A DNA stretch of 64,000 nucleotides from NCBI GenBank assembly GCA_951813565.1, contig OX638351.1, positions 1,088,001 through 1,152,000 of the forward strand. Direction: 5' to 3'. The DNA is from an uncultured Poribacteria bacterium (GTDB lineage: Bacteria; Poribacteria; WGA-4E; WGA-3G). Position 1 is the first letter of the stretch, and each line of letters begins with the position of its first letter. Below the pieces are notes generated by a model. That model made no database searches and had not been told where the DNA came from. It saw only the letters and a list, made by a program, of their open reading frames with translations. The position numbers were made by a program, and so were the translations under genes. Shown here one piece after another: positions 10,447-20,843 of the stretch.

Positions 10447-11226
10447 TTACCATGTATCCCGCACGCTCACACCTTCATCTTCAAGGTAAGTTTTGATGCT
10501 TTCAATCGTGAACTCACCATAGTGTGTGATAGAGGCAACAATTGCCGCATCAGCATTGCTTTCGACAAAAACATCGCGTAGATGTTGTGGATTTCCCGCA
10601 CCACCAGAAGCAATAACAGGTACTGGCACAAGATCAGCGATAGCACCTGTTAACTCCAATTCATACCCCGCCTTTGTGCCATCAGCATCAATGCTATTGA
10701 CGACAATTTCACCTGCACCCAAATCCACACCGCGAATCGACCATTCCAATGCATCCCATCCAACAGGTTTCCGTCCGCCATCAATATAGATTTCATAGCC
10801 GCTGGGAATCTGTTCGCTTTTTGGAACTTTTTTTACTTGCATGCTCAACACAACACACTGACTACCGAATGCACGCGCCCCTTCAGAAATAATATCGGGG
10901 TTTCGCACTGCACCAGAATCTATACTGACCTTTTCTGCACCAGCGAGTAGGACACGCCGCATATCCTCAAGTGTGCGCAACCCGCCGCCAACAGAAAACG
11001 GGATAAAGATTTCTGCAGCAACGGCAGAGACAACATCTATCATAATATCGCGCCGTTCATTGCTTGCCGTAATGTCGTAAAAGACGAGTTCGTCGGCACC
11101 ACCTTCATAATAAAACCGCGCCATTTCAACTGGGTCGCCAACATCAACATTGCCTTTAAAAGCAATACCTTTGGTAACTTTTCCTGCGCGCACGTCTAAA
11201 CAAGGTATTATCCGTTTTGTTAACAT
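10447..11226 (-). CDS. hisF: imidazole glycerol phosphate synthase cyclase subunit
   Basis: [60 protein letters not shown] before ATG 11226. Confidence 0.96.
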   Translation of the reverse strand: MLTKRIIPCLDVRAGKVTKGIAFKGNVDVGDPVEMARFYYEGGADELVFYDITASNERRDIMIDVVSAVAAEIFIPFSVGGGLRTLEDMRRVLLAGAEKVSIDSGAVRNPDIISEGARAFGSQCVVLSMQVKKVPKSEQIPSGYEIYIDGGRKPVGWDALEWSIRGVDLGAGEIVVNSIDADGTKAGYELELTGAIADLVPVPVIASGGAGNPQHLRDVFVESNADAAIVASITHYGEFTIESIKTYLEDEGVSVRDTW

Positions 11227-11313
11227 ATTTCCCTCTTTTTCAAATTCTACTATGTGAGTAAGTCTCATGGAAAGTGTAAAGGTCTGGGAGTTAGGTATTA
11301 CCCTTAAAATAAA

Positions 11314-12408
11314 TCATGGAGACGTATACTTTTCATTTTCGGCAGATGTCTCAATACCATATATTGCTTTCATTTCTCCCCATTGCGTAGGCAATTTTCC
11401 CTGCGGAGATACAGCCAACGCACCCTCTACCCAATGCGGTCGAATGTCGTGATACCGATGACGTGTCAAGCGTCTGAGTTTACCCGTTGTAATCTCATAC
11501 CGATAGATGTCATGATACTGCTTCTCACGAGGCACTTCAAGTAACCCAGCCGAAAAGAGAAATGCCTGCCCATGATCCATCCAACACAGTCCAGAGCCAA
11601 CCCACTCTCCGCCCATCTTCTCATTCACATCAATTTCCTTTTTCGCACCGTTGGGACGCATCACCACAAACCGTTTTATCGGAAAATCTCCTTGTAGTCC
11701 GCCTATTGATTTAAGGAACAGTATTCGCTGTCCATCTGATGACCACTTAGGGTAAACTCTGAACGACAGCTGCGGCCCAGGGTCTTGATCTGGCAGAAGA
11801 GGCCGCTGGTTTGTTCCATCTGCTAACATAACCCAAATATTTTTACCAGCTATGCCGACCCCTCTCAATATGCTTTTTTCATAAAGAATTTCTTTGCCAT
11901 CCGGTGACCAATCAGGAGAGAAAGCACGGTGCGGTTCCTCCCTGCCCGTCAACTGTTTCACTGTACGATCCACTAAGTCTATAACATGGATCTCAGTATT
12001 TCCACTCCGGTTGCTTTTAAACGCCAGGTACCTTCCATCCGGTGACCAGGTCGGCGATCCATTTCTATTCCCTTGTCCATCCTGTGTGAGTTGTTGTTGG
12101 TTCGTGCCATCAGCGTTCATAATAAACAGTTGATACTTTTGTATATCTTTTTCAAGGTTTCTATCAAAAGCGATTTGGGTGCCATCTGGCGACCAACGCG
12201 GGAGATCCTCCCAAAACTGATTGTCTGTCAATCTACGAATACCGGTGCCTCCATCGTTCATCACATAAATACTGCCATTATAAATAAACACGATTTTGGC
12301 ATTCACGCCGCTTGAGGAAAACAGCACAAACAGACAGAAGCATACTATATAGACAAACATTTGCGAAAGTATATATGTTATTTTATTTTTGTTTAAAAAT
12401 CGTCCCAT
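11314..12408 (-). CDS. secreted TolB-like PD40/beta-propeller protein with C-terminal 'AVSPQGKLPTQWGEMK' motif
   Basis: Repeated PxWSPDG motifs and IYVMNxDG..xRRLT repeats; hydrophobic N-terminal signal. Confidence 0.88.
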   Translation of the reverse strand: MGRFLNKNKITYILSQMFVYIVCFCLFVLFSSSGVNAKIVFIYNGSIYVMNDGGTGIRRLTDNQFWEDLPRWSPDGTQIAFDRNLEKDIQKYQLFIMNADGTNQQQLTQDGQGNRNGSPTWSPDGRYLAFKSNRSGNTEIHVIDLVDRTVKQLTGREEPHRAFSPDWSPDGKEILYEKSILRGVGIAGKNIWVMLADGTNQRPLLPDQDPGPQLSFRVYPKWSSDGQRILFLKSIGGLQGDFPIKRFVVMRPNGAKKEIDVNEKMGGEWVGSGLCWMDHGQAFLFSAGLLEVPREKQYHDIYRYEITTGKLRRLTRHRYHDIRPHWVEGALAVSPQGKLPTQWGEMKAIYGIETSAENEKYTSP

Positions 12409-12526
12409 GTTGTAACTCCTTCATATCCTAAAGCATATTTGACGGTAAAGGCTCGCACGCATCAGCGCGCGAGCTGGTAAGAAAAACTATAATCCGCTAA
12501 ATACGTACTTTGGGCGAGAAGATCAC

Positions 12527-13066
12527 CTATTCTATACCGAGAGGTTCATCCCTGTGATAAAATCTCTCATCAATTGATGCCCTCCAACCATCACTTGCAT
12601 CCCAAATGCCATCATCATTGTGATCAACTTTCACAGTAAATCTCGATTCTGCTTGGATAGTAATTTCTTGCCAGACTATTTCTGAGAGGTCGAAATCGAA
12701 ACCACGACCTACCCCATAAGTGTCCGATCCAGCCACCCAACCTTCTTCGCCCCAAATCTGGTGCGTATTAAACGAATGTGGAAAGGTCCCGACCAGCTGG
12801 CTTTCAAAGTCGATGTAATAGCGTACAGGCACCACTCCCGGCCAATCTGGGTGGATGCCAGAATCGTTAGCAATATATACACCATGAGAACTACTAACCA
12901 CTGGAAATGCGTAAGAATATTCTACATAGACGTATCCGTATACAAACGTCAGCCAGGGATCTGTGCTCATTCCTGCATCCCTATCCCAGTAAGAATAGGC
13001 ATCTGTTGTAACAAAACATGCCAGTCCTATGAGCCCGATAAAGGCTATCATTGCTAAATTTTTCAT
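12527..13066 (-). CDS. hypothetical secreted protein
   Basis: AGGAG RBS, signal peptide MKNLAMIAFIGLIGLACFVTTDAYS, aromatic-rich beta-type body; no family recognised. Confidence 0.75.
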   Translation of the reverse strand: MKNLAMIAFIGLIGLACFVTTDAYSYWDRDAGMSTDPWLTFVYGYVYVEYSYAFPVVSSSHGVYIANDSGIHPDWPGVVPVRYYIDFESQLVGTFPHSFNTHQIWGEEGWVAGSDTYGVGRGFDFDLSEIVWQEITIQAESRFTVKVDHNDDGIWDASDGWRASIDERFYHRDEPLGIE

Positions 13067-13096
13067 AATTTCTCCTAATTTGGTTATTTATACCAA

Positions 13097-13328
13097 GGAG
13101 ACGTATCTATTTTAGCACGTCTCCGTATTTGTGTAAAAGATAATAAATCAACAACATTTTACGGGTTTCACCTATTCCATCTTTTTGCGCGTTACGTGCG
13201 GATGGAATAGGGATAACAAGCATTGCGGGTGTCCGCAATCCAACAACAAAAGCCCGCGACGCGACACTTCATAGAAACGAAGTGGACGTGCGGGCGCGAA
13301 AATATCGCAGCTGCTAACGTCTGCGATA
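13097..13328 (-). ncRNA. candidate structured 5' leader RNA (five successive hairpins)
   Basis: Stems at 13303-13310/13321-13328, 13252-13257/13290-13295 (inner cacttc/gaagtg, followed by UUUUGUUGUU on the minus strand), 13222-13228/13233-13239, 13171-13181/13201-13211 and 13097-13104/13117-13124. Confidence 0.45.
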
Positions 13329-13510
13329 CGACCTTGTAAACTGAAAAAATTAACGAATGTGAAGGGGGGAGGTAAGTAAACTAACAGTTAGAACAAAACC
13401 ACCGAAAATTGTGCAAAAACAACCCTGCTCAGATTGCAAATATCTGATGTGTCCATTTTTGTATAGTGATTTCGCTTTTAGATTTTTTATTGTTAGGCTC
13501 TCATGTGTGC

Positions 13511-13562
13511 AAAGTTAAATTCGCTTATAGTTAATTATACACGCGAATTTAACTTTTGTCAA
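13511..13562 (-). promoter_or_regulatory. consensus sigma70 promoter overlapped by a 14-bp inverted repeat (operator candidate)
   Basis: Minus strand TTGACA(13562-13557)-17-TATAAT(13539-13534). AAAGTTAAATTCGC (13511-13524) and GCGAATTTAACTTT (13543-13556) form a perfect inverted repeat. Confidence 0.8.
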
Positions 13563-13615
13563 ATTTTTTTTATCAAAAACGAAATATTTCTTTTATCCAT
13601 CTTGACTTGATACAA

Positions 13616-15262
13616 TTAATTGCGGAATCTCCGTTTGAATATGTTCAAAATATCGTCAAACTCCGCTACCTTCAACATTTTATACATGCCCGCGAGTGCC
13701 AAAACACTTAATATGATAGGTGCAAATACATTGGCAACGCGCGGTCCAATGCCCTCAGTTCCGAGCCAATCTTGTTCAATAAAGCCGTTTGTTACCCAAC
13801 ACACAACACCCATCACCGCTGAAGCAATCAAGATTTTGAATGCTAACGGAACAACTGACCGAAGTCCTAATCGTCCTACTTTGCGGCGGAGCAGCAGTAA
13901 TAAAACAGCACTATTCAATGTCACAGTTAGCACGGTTGACAACACCACTGCACGTGGGTCTAAAAATAGTTCGCGGAAAATGAACAGATAATTGAGGCAA
14001 ATGTTAAGCACAACCGCACAGATGCTGACGATGACAGGGGCGCGAATGTCTTTATATGCGTAAAAGCCATCGGTAATAATCTTTAGAGCAGAGAATCCAC
14101 ACAACCCGAATGCGTAGACGAACAGAAGCCCTCCTGTTTGGACAGTGTCCTGGTCAATAGTGACTCCCCATTCGAAAAGCAGCCGACATATAGGTTCGGC
14201 TAACATCATGAGCCCAATTGCAGCAGGAATTGTCACGGTAAGTAGAAGACGGAGTGCGTAAGAGAGCGCGTTGCGGAAATTCTGGGTATCGCCTGCAGTT
14301 GCAAATTTTGCGAGTTGTGGGAGTGCCACCGTTGAAATGGCAACGCCGAATATCCCAATAGGAAGATGCACAACGCGGTATGCTCTACTAATCCATGTCA
14401 ACCATCCGGAATCCGAAGTAATAAAGAACGTATTGGTAAATTGATTTACCTGTACTACAGCCACACCTAACACGGCAGGCCCAATCAGATGAAGAACTTG
14501 AAGCACCCTCGGATTTCGCAGACTCAAGAGCGGACGATACCGAAAGCCTATGCGATACATCGACGGCACCTGAATTAGAAATTGGGCAACCCCTCCGACA
14601 ATTACGCCGACAGCCATCCCTGTTACCGGATGAATTCCTGCTAATGGAAATAAATAGTAGCCACCTATCCCAATGATCAGTGAACTGAGATTAAAGAAAG
14701 AGGAAGCGCATGCAGGGATACCGAACTTTCCCTTGCTGTTCAATAACCCCATGGCGATTGCAGCAAGTGAAACAAATAGCAGATAAGGAAACATCAACTG
14801 GGTGAGATAAATTGCCAGTTCTATTTTGCTGGCAAATCCGTGATGGTCACCAATATCTAAATCTTTGTCAAAATTGTGTTGAGCCAACACATCAACAATG
14901 GCAGGCGCAAAAATAATACCCAATCCTGTAATCCCAATTAAGACGAGAAACGTCAAATTAAAAATGCGGTTTGCCAAATTCCATGCGGCTTCTTCTCCAT
15001 CTTCCGCTTCTGTCGCAACAAAGGTGGTGATAAACGCTTTGCTTAAAATGCCTTCGCCAAACATATCGCGTAAAAAGTTCGGAATACGGAAAGCAAGATA
15101 GAAGGCATCCGCGCTTGTCGTGGAGCGAAAATAGTAGCCAATTGCTGTTTCACGGGCAAGTCCCAGTATGCGCGATCCCATCACAGCTAAGCTGACAATT
15201 CCTGCAGCACGGGTGACGTTTTGATTCTGTTTCTCAGTAGATTGTGTTACATTTTCTTCCAT
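13616..15262 (-). CDS. murJ: lipid II flippase MurJ (MviN)
   Basis: SRILGLARE, ADAFYLAFRIPNFLRDMFGEG, LPIGIFGVAISTVALP. Confidence 0.95.
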   Translation of the reverse strand: MEENVTQSTEKQNQNVTRAAGIVSLAVMGSRILGLARETAIGYYFRSTTSADAFYLAFRIPNFLRDMFGEGILSKAFITTFVATEAEDGEEAAWNLANRIFNLTFLVLIGITGLGIIFAPAIVDVLAQHNFDKDLDIGDHHGFASKIELAIYLTQLMFPYLLFVSLAAIAMGLLNSKGKFGIPACASSFFNLSSLIIGIGGYYLFPLAGIHPVTGMAVGVIVGGVAQFLIQVPSMYRIGFRYRPLLSLRNPRVLQVLHLIGPAVLGVAVVQVNQFTNTFFITSDSGWLTWISRAYRVVHLPIGIFGVAISTVALPQLAKFATAGDTQNFRNALSYALRLLLTVTIPAAIGLMMLAEPICRLLFEWGVTIDQDTVQTGGLLFVYAFGLCGFSALKIITDGFYAYKDIRAPVIVSICAVVLNICLNYLFIFRELFLDPRAVVLSTVLTVTLNSAVLLLLLRRKVGRLGLRSVVPLAFKILIASAVMGVVCWVTNGFIEQDWLGTEGIGPRVANVFAPIILSVLALAGMYKMLKVAEFDDILNIFKRRFRN

Positions 15263-15263
15263 A

Positions 15264-15298
15264 GTTAGTTTTCAGTTATCAGTTGTCGGTCATCGGTA
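15264..15298. repeat. short heptamer tandem repeat (TTTCAGT/TATCAGT/TGTCGGT type)
   Basis: ttagt tttcagt tatcagt tgtcggt catcggt; the same unit type recurs at 58873-58930. Confidence 0.6.
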
Positions 15299-15453
15299 AC
15301 AAATCAAGATTAAAAGGTAAATAACTATTTTCAGGAGGTAAAAAACTATTTTCAGTAAGTGTTGACAGGTATCAAATTTCTCTTAATTGATTTGATGCTT
15401 GACATCTTCTCTGAATTCGTATAATTTAAAGCAAATAACAAGGAGAACTCCTA

Positions 15454-15834
15454 ATGCAGGAAAAGAGATATTTTACAGTTGAAGAAGCAAACGAATGCAT
15501 TCCAGAATTGATTACAGACATCTCGGCACTACTTGAACTGAAAGAGGAATTGGAAAAACTACACGTTGAACTTACACCGTTCTTAGAGGTCATTCCATCT
15601 AACGGAGGCAGCAAAAACGCACTTTTGCTTATGCAAACCGGTGATCAATTCAGAGAGATTGTCGAACGTATCCAACGTCGTGGCTGCCATCTCAAAGGAC
15701 TTGATCCAGCCTTAATAGATTTTCCACACATGCGCGATGGAAAGGAGGTTTATCTCTGCTGGCGGTTTGGTGAAAGGGAGATCCGCTATTGGCATGAAAT
15801 TGAGAGCGGTTTTGCGGGACGAAAGCCTTTGTAA
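15454..15834 (+). CDS. DUF2203 family protein
   Basis: RYFTVEEAN..IP, KGLDPALIDFP, VYLCWRFGEREIRYWHEIESGFAGRKPL. Confidence 0.9.
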   Translation: MQEKRYFTVEEANECIPELITDISALLELKEELEKLHVELTPFLEVIPSNGGSKNALLLMQTGDQFREIVERIQRRGCHLKGLDPALIDFPHMRDGKEVYLCWRFGEREIRYWHEIESGFAGRKPL

Positions 15835-16620
15835 TTAGGTCAAAAAATAGAAATGATTCGTTGGTCCGTGTCCTTTGCCGATATCCAACGCGTGTTGAAT
15901 GGCATTCGTAATATATGTTTTCGCATCACGGATTGCTTCAATTAATTCCTTTCCAAGTGCCAGATGTGTAGCGATTGCGGCGGAGTAGGTACATCCTGTA
16001 CCGTGCGTGTTTTTTGTCTCAATCCGATTAGCCTCAAAAAATGACCAATCGTTATTGTAATAAAGCACATCTGTCGCTTTTTCATCGTCAAGATGCCCCC
16101 CTTTGACAAGTACTGCCTGACAACCGAGGTTAGCAATAGTTTTCGCCGCTGCTTTTGCATCATCGGCAGTTCGGATTTCCTGTTCTGAAAGCAGTTCTGC
16201 CTCATAGATGTTCGGTGTTATTACCGTTGCAATCGGAATTAAAACATGTCTTAGACTGTTGATAGCTTCTGCTTTCAACAGTGAAAACTTACTTTTAGAA
16301 ATCATTACAGGGTCTACGACAATTGCCTGTGGCATGTATTCGCTTAACTTTTGTGCTACGGTTTCTACAATCGTTGACGATGAGAGCATACCTGTTTTGA
16401 CACTTGCCACTTCAAAATCTGTAAAAACAGCATCCAGCTGCGCTTCAATCAACGGAATTGGCAGGTCAAACGCGTTTGTGACAGCAACGGTATTCTGTGC
16501 GGTTACGGAGGTTATCGCGGACATTGCGAAGCCTCCATTTGCCGAGATCGCCTTAATATCCGCTTGTATCCCTGCACCCCCACCTGAATCTGAACCTGCA
16601 ATTGTTAAAATCTGTTTCAT
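15835..16620 (-). CDS. thiD: hydroxymethylpyrimidine/phosphomethylpyrimidine kinase
   Basis: [59 protein letters not shown]. Confidence 0.96.
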   Translation of the reverse strand: MKQILTIAGSDSGGGAGIQADIKAISANGGFAMSAITSVTAQNTVAVTNAFDLPIPLIEAQLDAVFTDFEVASVKTGMLSSSTIVETVAQKLSEYMPQAIVVDPVMISKSKFSLLKAEAINSLRHVLIPIATVITPNIYEAELLSEQEIRTADDAKAAAKTIANLGCQAVLVKGGHLDDEKATDVLYYNNDWSFFEANRIETKNTHGTGCTYSAAIATHLALGKELIEAIRDAKTYITNAIQHALDIGKGHGPTNHFYFLT

Positions 16621-16747
16621 GTTCTCCCCTTTTTCTGTTTTGTGGACTCTAAACAGAATTCCCGTAATCTACTGTTCATTGATTCTCCAATAATTACAAA
16701 TTATATCATTGTTTATTGACTTTGTGCAAGTCCTCAAGTTAATTGGG

Positions 16748-17440
16748 CAGGGTTATTTAGTTTTCTATATTTCTGATGCATTTTGTTACATGCGTTAATG
16801 CTTTATAATAGTATCGTCCGTTGGGTAGAACGTAGCGAAACCCATAACTGTCAATTTAAGCTTATAATTACCAGATTGTTTCTTGTGGGAGGGCTTTCTA
16901 AGCCCGATTTTGTAAATCTCAACCTGTTAAATCCAAATCAACGCTGAATACGCCAAATCAAGAAATCAACGGTATGAATCATGGCGAATGCCGGACGGGG
17001 AATGCCAAAGGGCATTCGGACCGTTGATTTGGCGCATGCTGCGTTGATTTGGCTGAATGCCCGCCAAATGCCACAGGCGCATTTGGCGTTGATTCAGGCA
17101 TTCATAGCGTTGATTTATGAGTAGAGCGTAGCGAAACCCAACGGACAATATAAACTTTCAGTAACACGCATCAACTGACAATTCTTAAAACTAAATAGCC
17201 CTGGTTAATTGGGGTGTGTAAATATTTGGTTACATAGGTTCAATTTGCAATGATTACGCGGCGTTTTCCACTGTAGGGGTGGGTCTCTGTGCCCCGCCAC
17301 TGCGCAGGACGTGCCATGCAACGGGCAGGCACCAAATCAACGGTCCGAATGCCTTTTGGCATTCCCCGGAGACCCGCCCCTACAATGATGGTAGTAGGAC
17401 CTCTGAAAAGAAATCGGGCGGACAAAGCCCTCCTATAAGA
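16748..17440. mobile_element. composite MITE/REP cluster with nested palindromic modules
   Basis: TIR pair cagggttatttagtttt (16748) / aaaactaaatagccctg (ends 17203). Internal gtagaacgtagcgaaaccca, ccaaatcaacg/cgttgatttgg and gaatgcc/ggcattc modules. REP doublet gtaggggtgggtctc...gagacccgcccctac at 17273-17383. Long blocks are shared with 23410-23920. Confidence 0.8.
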
Positions 17441-17541
17441 GAGTTTCACGATAATTAAATGGTTCTGTCAAATTCCACTTGATATATGGCAATGTATCTG
17501 TTAAAATGACTCACAATTCTTTTGAAAACAGGGAGACCCTA

Positions 17542-18402
17542 ATGATTTTTGGACAAGGAACGCATCAGTATACGGTAAAGGAAAATTGGTGGACACTACC
17601 GGATGGCTGGGAATTTGGATGGATTCCTGCTGTCGCTGTTGATTCTCAGGACCGTGTCTATGTTTATAGTCGAAGCGAGCATCCGATGGTGGTTTTTGAT
17701 CGTGATGGTAATTTCCTAACTTCTTGGGGTGATGACATTCTCAAGGATGCACACGGAATTTTTATTGATGCTGAAGATAACATCTACTGCGTTGAACGTG
17801 AAACGCATGTTATGCACAAATTCACTACTGCTGGAGAATTACTCATGACTCTTGGCACAATGGACGAGCCGGGTGCAGAGGGCGAACCCTTCAATCTACC
17901 AACAGACTTCGCACTCGGTCCTGACGGTGAGATGTATATTAGTGATGGTTATGGTAATGCTCGTATTCACAAATATTCACCTGATGGAGAATTGATCAAA
18001 TCTTGGGGAAAACCGGGAACGGGTCCAGGCGAGTTTGATCTGCCCCACTGTGTCAGAGTTGACCCTCGCAATCGGGTGATGGTGGCAGATAGAAGCAACA
18101 ATCGGGTACAGTTTTTCACCTTGGATGGAGAATACATTGAAGAATGGGGCGATCTTCTGCAACCAGACACTATTTTTATAGACGAAGACGACTTGGTGTA
18201 TATTGCAGAACTGGATCAACGGGTAACAATCATGACATTGGATGGAGAGGTCGTATCTCAGTGGGGAAGTGAGCGCGGTAGTACCGTCCCCGGAGAATTT
18301 TTTGCTTGTCCACACGGTATTTGGGTAGATTCACAAGGCGACATTTACGTTGGAGAAGTTCAAGCGGACGCAAGGTTACAAAAATACATTAGGCAGCGGT
18401 AA
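17542..18402 (+). CDS. NHL-repeat beta-propeller protein (peptidyl-alpha-hydroxyglycine lyase-like)
   Basis: AVAVDSQDRVYV, FNLPTDFALGPDGEMYISDGYGNARIHKYS, GEFDLPHCV, ADRSNNRVQFF; GGAG RBS before ATG 17542. Confidence 0.88.
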   Translation: MIFGQGTHQYTVKENWWTLPDGWEFGWIPAVAVDSQDRVYVYSRSEHPMVVFDRDGNFLTSWGDDILKDAHGIFIDAEDNIYCVERETHVMHKFTTAGELLMTLGTMDEPGAEGEPFNLPTDFALGPDGEMYISDGYGNARIHKYSPDGELIKSWGKPGTGPGEFDLPHCVRVDPRNRVMVADRSNNRVQFFTLDGEYIEEWGDLLQPDTIFIDEDDLVYIAELDQRVTIMTLDGEVVSQWGSERGSTVPGEFFACPHGIWVDSQGDIYVGEVQADARLQKYIRQR

Positions 18403-18467
18403 GTTATTTTACTGCTATTGATACATTTTGGTTCTGTGGCGACTTAAAATAACTACTGTGAATGTAA

Positions 18468-18568
18468 GAGGCGCAATGAATTGCGCGACTACAAACGCGT
18501 TATTTGTTGATGAAAAGGATAATTCAGAAATAGTAAAAGAAACGCGATGAATTGCGCGACTACAAACG
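18468..18568. repeat. two direct copies of REP 'gcg(c)aatgaattgcgcgactac'
   Basis: gaggcgcaatgaattgcgcgactacaaacgc (18468) and cgcgatgaattgcgcgactacaaacgc (18543); a third, interrupted copy lies at ~26227/26386. Confidence 0.8.
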
Positions 18569-18597
18569 CCGTAAAGTTTTCTGAAAGGTTGATAGAA

Positions 18598-20013
18598 ATG
18601 GCGGAAAACCTCTCGTTTTTTCAAAAAGTGAACGATAATTTTGATAAAGCTGCACAGTTCACAGAATATCCGCAGGGGCTTTTGGATCAGATAAAGATTT
18701 GCAACAACTCCTGTCATTTCACCTTTCCGATTAAACGTGACGATGGTACAATTCAAACGATTCACGGATGGCGTGCTGAACATAGCCACCACAAACTTCC
18801 AACTAAGGGAGGCATCCGCTACAGTACACTCGTTAATGAAGATGAGATAATGGCACTTGCTGCGTTGATGACTTATAAATGCGCGCTGGTAGACCTGCCC
18901 TTTGGCGGCGCAAAAGGAGGTATCCAGCTTGATAGAAATAAGTATTCTGAGAGTGAATTGGAGCGGATTACCCGACGTTATACTTATGAACTGATCCAGA
19001 AGAATTATATCGGTCCTGGGGTAGATGTGCCTGCCCCGGACTTCGGGACAAGTGAAAACGAGATGGCGTGGATTCTTGATACATATCTCACAATGTCCCC
19101 AGACAAGCTTGATGCCATAGCGTGTGTGACGGGAAAACCGATTGATCAAAACGGGATACATGGACGAAAAGAGGCTACTGGGCGCGGTGTTGTGTTCGGG
19201 TTGGAAGAGGTCTGTAGCCACGAAGATGATATGAAACAAGTCGGACTTGACACCGGTCTTCGGGGAAAAACCGTTGTTCTTCAAGGCTTTGGCAAGGTCG
19301 GGTATCCTGCTGCAAAATGCTTAACTGACGCTGAGGCGATAGTTATTGGCATTGCTGAGGCAGATGGTGCTATCTATAACCCGAAAGGACTTGATATTGA
19401 AAAGGTATCCACGTTTCGTGCTGAAACCGGTTCAATTTGTCATTTTCCGGGTGCAACATTTTTTGAAAACCCGAACAAGAGTTTGGAGTTGGAATGTGAT
19501 ATTCTTATCCCAGCCGCACTTGAAAACCAGCTAACCGCAGAGAACGCGCCGCGTATCAAAGCACACATAATTGCCGAAGCAGCAAATGGTCCTACGACAA
19601 CCAAAGCCGATGAGATACTCCAAAAACGTGGCGCACTGATTATTCCTGATACTTATCTAAATGCTGGAGGTGTTACAGTCTCCTATTTTGAGTGGCTCCG
19701 CAATCTGTCACACGTTGGATTCGGTAGGCTTGCCAGACGATTTGAAGAAAGCACATACAATGCGATGTTCCGTGCTGTTGAAAAAGCAACTGGCTACCAA
19801 TTTTCGGACGATGAACGGCAAGCGGTGCACGGTGCTGACGAAACAGATTTGGTCAACTCAGGACTCCAAGATACAATGATAAAAGCGTATCAGGAGATTC
19901 GCGAAATTCGACTGAAACACGGAAAAGATATTGTAGATAGCAGGACAGCGGCGTTTATCAATGCTATCCATAAAATTGCGCAGTCCTATATGCAACTTGG
20001 CATTTTTCCATAG
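18598..20013 (+). CDS. gdhA: Glu/Leu/Phe/Val dehydrogenase (glutamate dehydrogenase)
   Basis: PTKGGIRY, PFGGAKGG, DVPAPD, VTGKP, ATGRGV, AEAANGP, NAGGVTVSYFEW. The ORF-track start lies in a REP, so ATG 18598 is preferred. Confidence 0.93.
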   Translation: MAENLSFFQKVNDNFDKAAQFTEYPQGLLDQIKICNNSCHFTFPIKRDDGTIQTIHGWRAEHSHHKLPTKGGIRYSTLVNEDEIMALAALMTYKCALVDLPFGGAKGGIQLDRNKYSESELERITRRYTYELIQKNYIGPGVDVPAPDFGTSENEMAWILDTYLTMSPDKLDAIACVTGKPIDQNGIHGRKEATGRGVVFGLEEVCSHEDDMKQVGLDTGLRGKTVVLQGFGKVGYPAAKCLTDAEAIVIGIAEADGAIYNPKGLDIEKVSTFRAETGSICHFPGATFFENPNKSLELECDILIPAALENQLTAENAPRIKAHIIAEAANGPTTTKADEILQKRGALIIPDTYLNAGGVTVSYFEWLRNLSHVGFGRLARRFEESTYNAMFRAVEKATGYQFSDDERQAVHGADETDLVNSGLQDTMIKAYQEIREIRLKHGKDIVDSRTAAFINAIHKIAQSYMQLGIFP

Positions 20014-20021
20014 TTCAATTT

Positions 20022-20048
20022 GTAGTTGCGGTTTCAAACCGTAACTAC
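20022..20048. repeat. GTAG...CTAC REP palindrome
   Basis: gtagttgcggttt-c-aaaccgtaactac. Confidence 0.7.
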
Positions 20049-20090
20049 CATGTGTGTTCACATTTACAGATTTACTATGAAGGAGAAAAG

Positions 20091-20843
20091 ATGATCTGTC
20101 TGAGCGTCAATGTAAACAAAGTCGCAACATTACGAAATTCGAGAGGAGGTGACATTCCAGATGTCCTTACTGCTGTTGACACCTGTATTGATGCGGGTGC
20201 GCAAGGCATTACGGTGCATCCACGCGAAGACCAACGTCACATCAGACCGACGGATGTATATGAAATTGCTCAACGGTTAAAAGAAATAAACTCGAAAAAA
20301 AATGATAAAATAGAATACAACATTGAAGGTGATCCACGTCCAGAACTTCTTGAAATGGTGCTGGATGTGCGACCGACACAATGCACGCTTGTTCCTGTTG
20401 TCAGTGGCGAGATCACCAGCCACACCGTTTGGGATATTCAAAAAGATGGCGATATGTTAAAACCTGTGATAACCTCTCTGAAGGACGCTGGTATCCGTGT
20501 GAGCCTTTTTAGCGGCACTGATCTTGAACAGATAGAGAGAACCGTTGACATTGGTGCAGATAGAATTGAACTCTATACTGAACCTTATGCGATGGCACAG
20601 ACAGAGTCGGAAATTGCGCGCGAATTTTCGCGCATGAAAAACGCTGCTGAGAAGGCGCTTGATGTAGGTCTTGGGACTAACGCTGGGCATGATCTTAATC
20701 TTGATAATCTTACTCTCATGCAACAATTGCCTGGGTTACTTGAAGTTTCTATTGGACACCATTTGATGGCTGATGCTCTCTATATCGGACTGGAAGCTGC
20801 AGTCAAAGCATACCGGACTGCGTTAGGACAGAAAATACAATGA
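20091..20843 (+). CDS. pdxJ: pyridoxine 5'-phosphate synthase
   Basis: LSVNVNKVATLRNSR, GITVHPREDQRHIR, IELYT, NAGHDLN, EVSIGH; AGGAG RBS. Confidence 0.96.
   Translation: MICLSVNVNKVATLRNSRGGDIPDVLTAVDTCIDAGAQGITVHPREDQRHIRPTDVYEIAQRLKEINSKKNDKIEYNIEGDPRPELLEMVLDVRPTQCTLVPVVSGEITSHTVWDIQKDGDMLKPVITSLKDAGIRVSLFSGTDLEQIERTVDIGADRIELYTEPYAMAQTESEIAREFSRMKNAAEKALDVGLGTNAGHDLNLDNLTLMQQLPGLLEVSIGHHLMADALYIGLEAAVKAYRTALGQKIQ

Noticed and set aside
16621..16740. TPP riboswitch upstream of thiD
   Set aside because: No CUGAGA/AGGGA core is visible in the short leader.
18415..19284. 289-aa minus-strand ORF
   Set aside because: It is the antisense shadow of glutamate dehydrogenase plus the upstream REPs.
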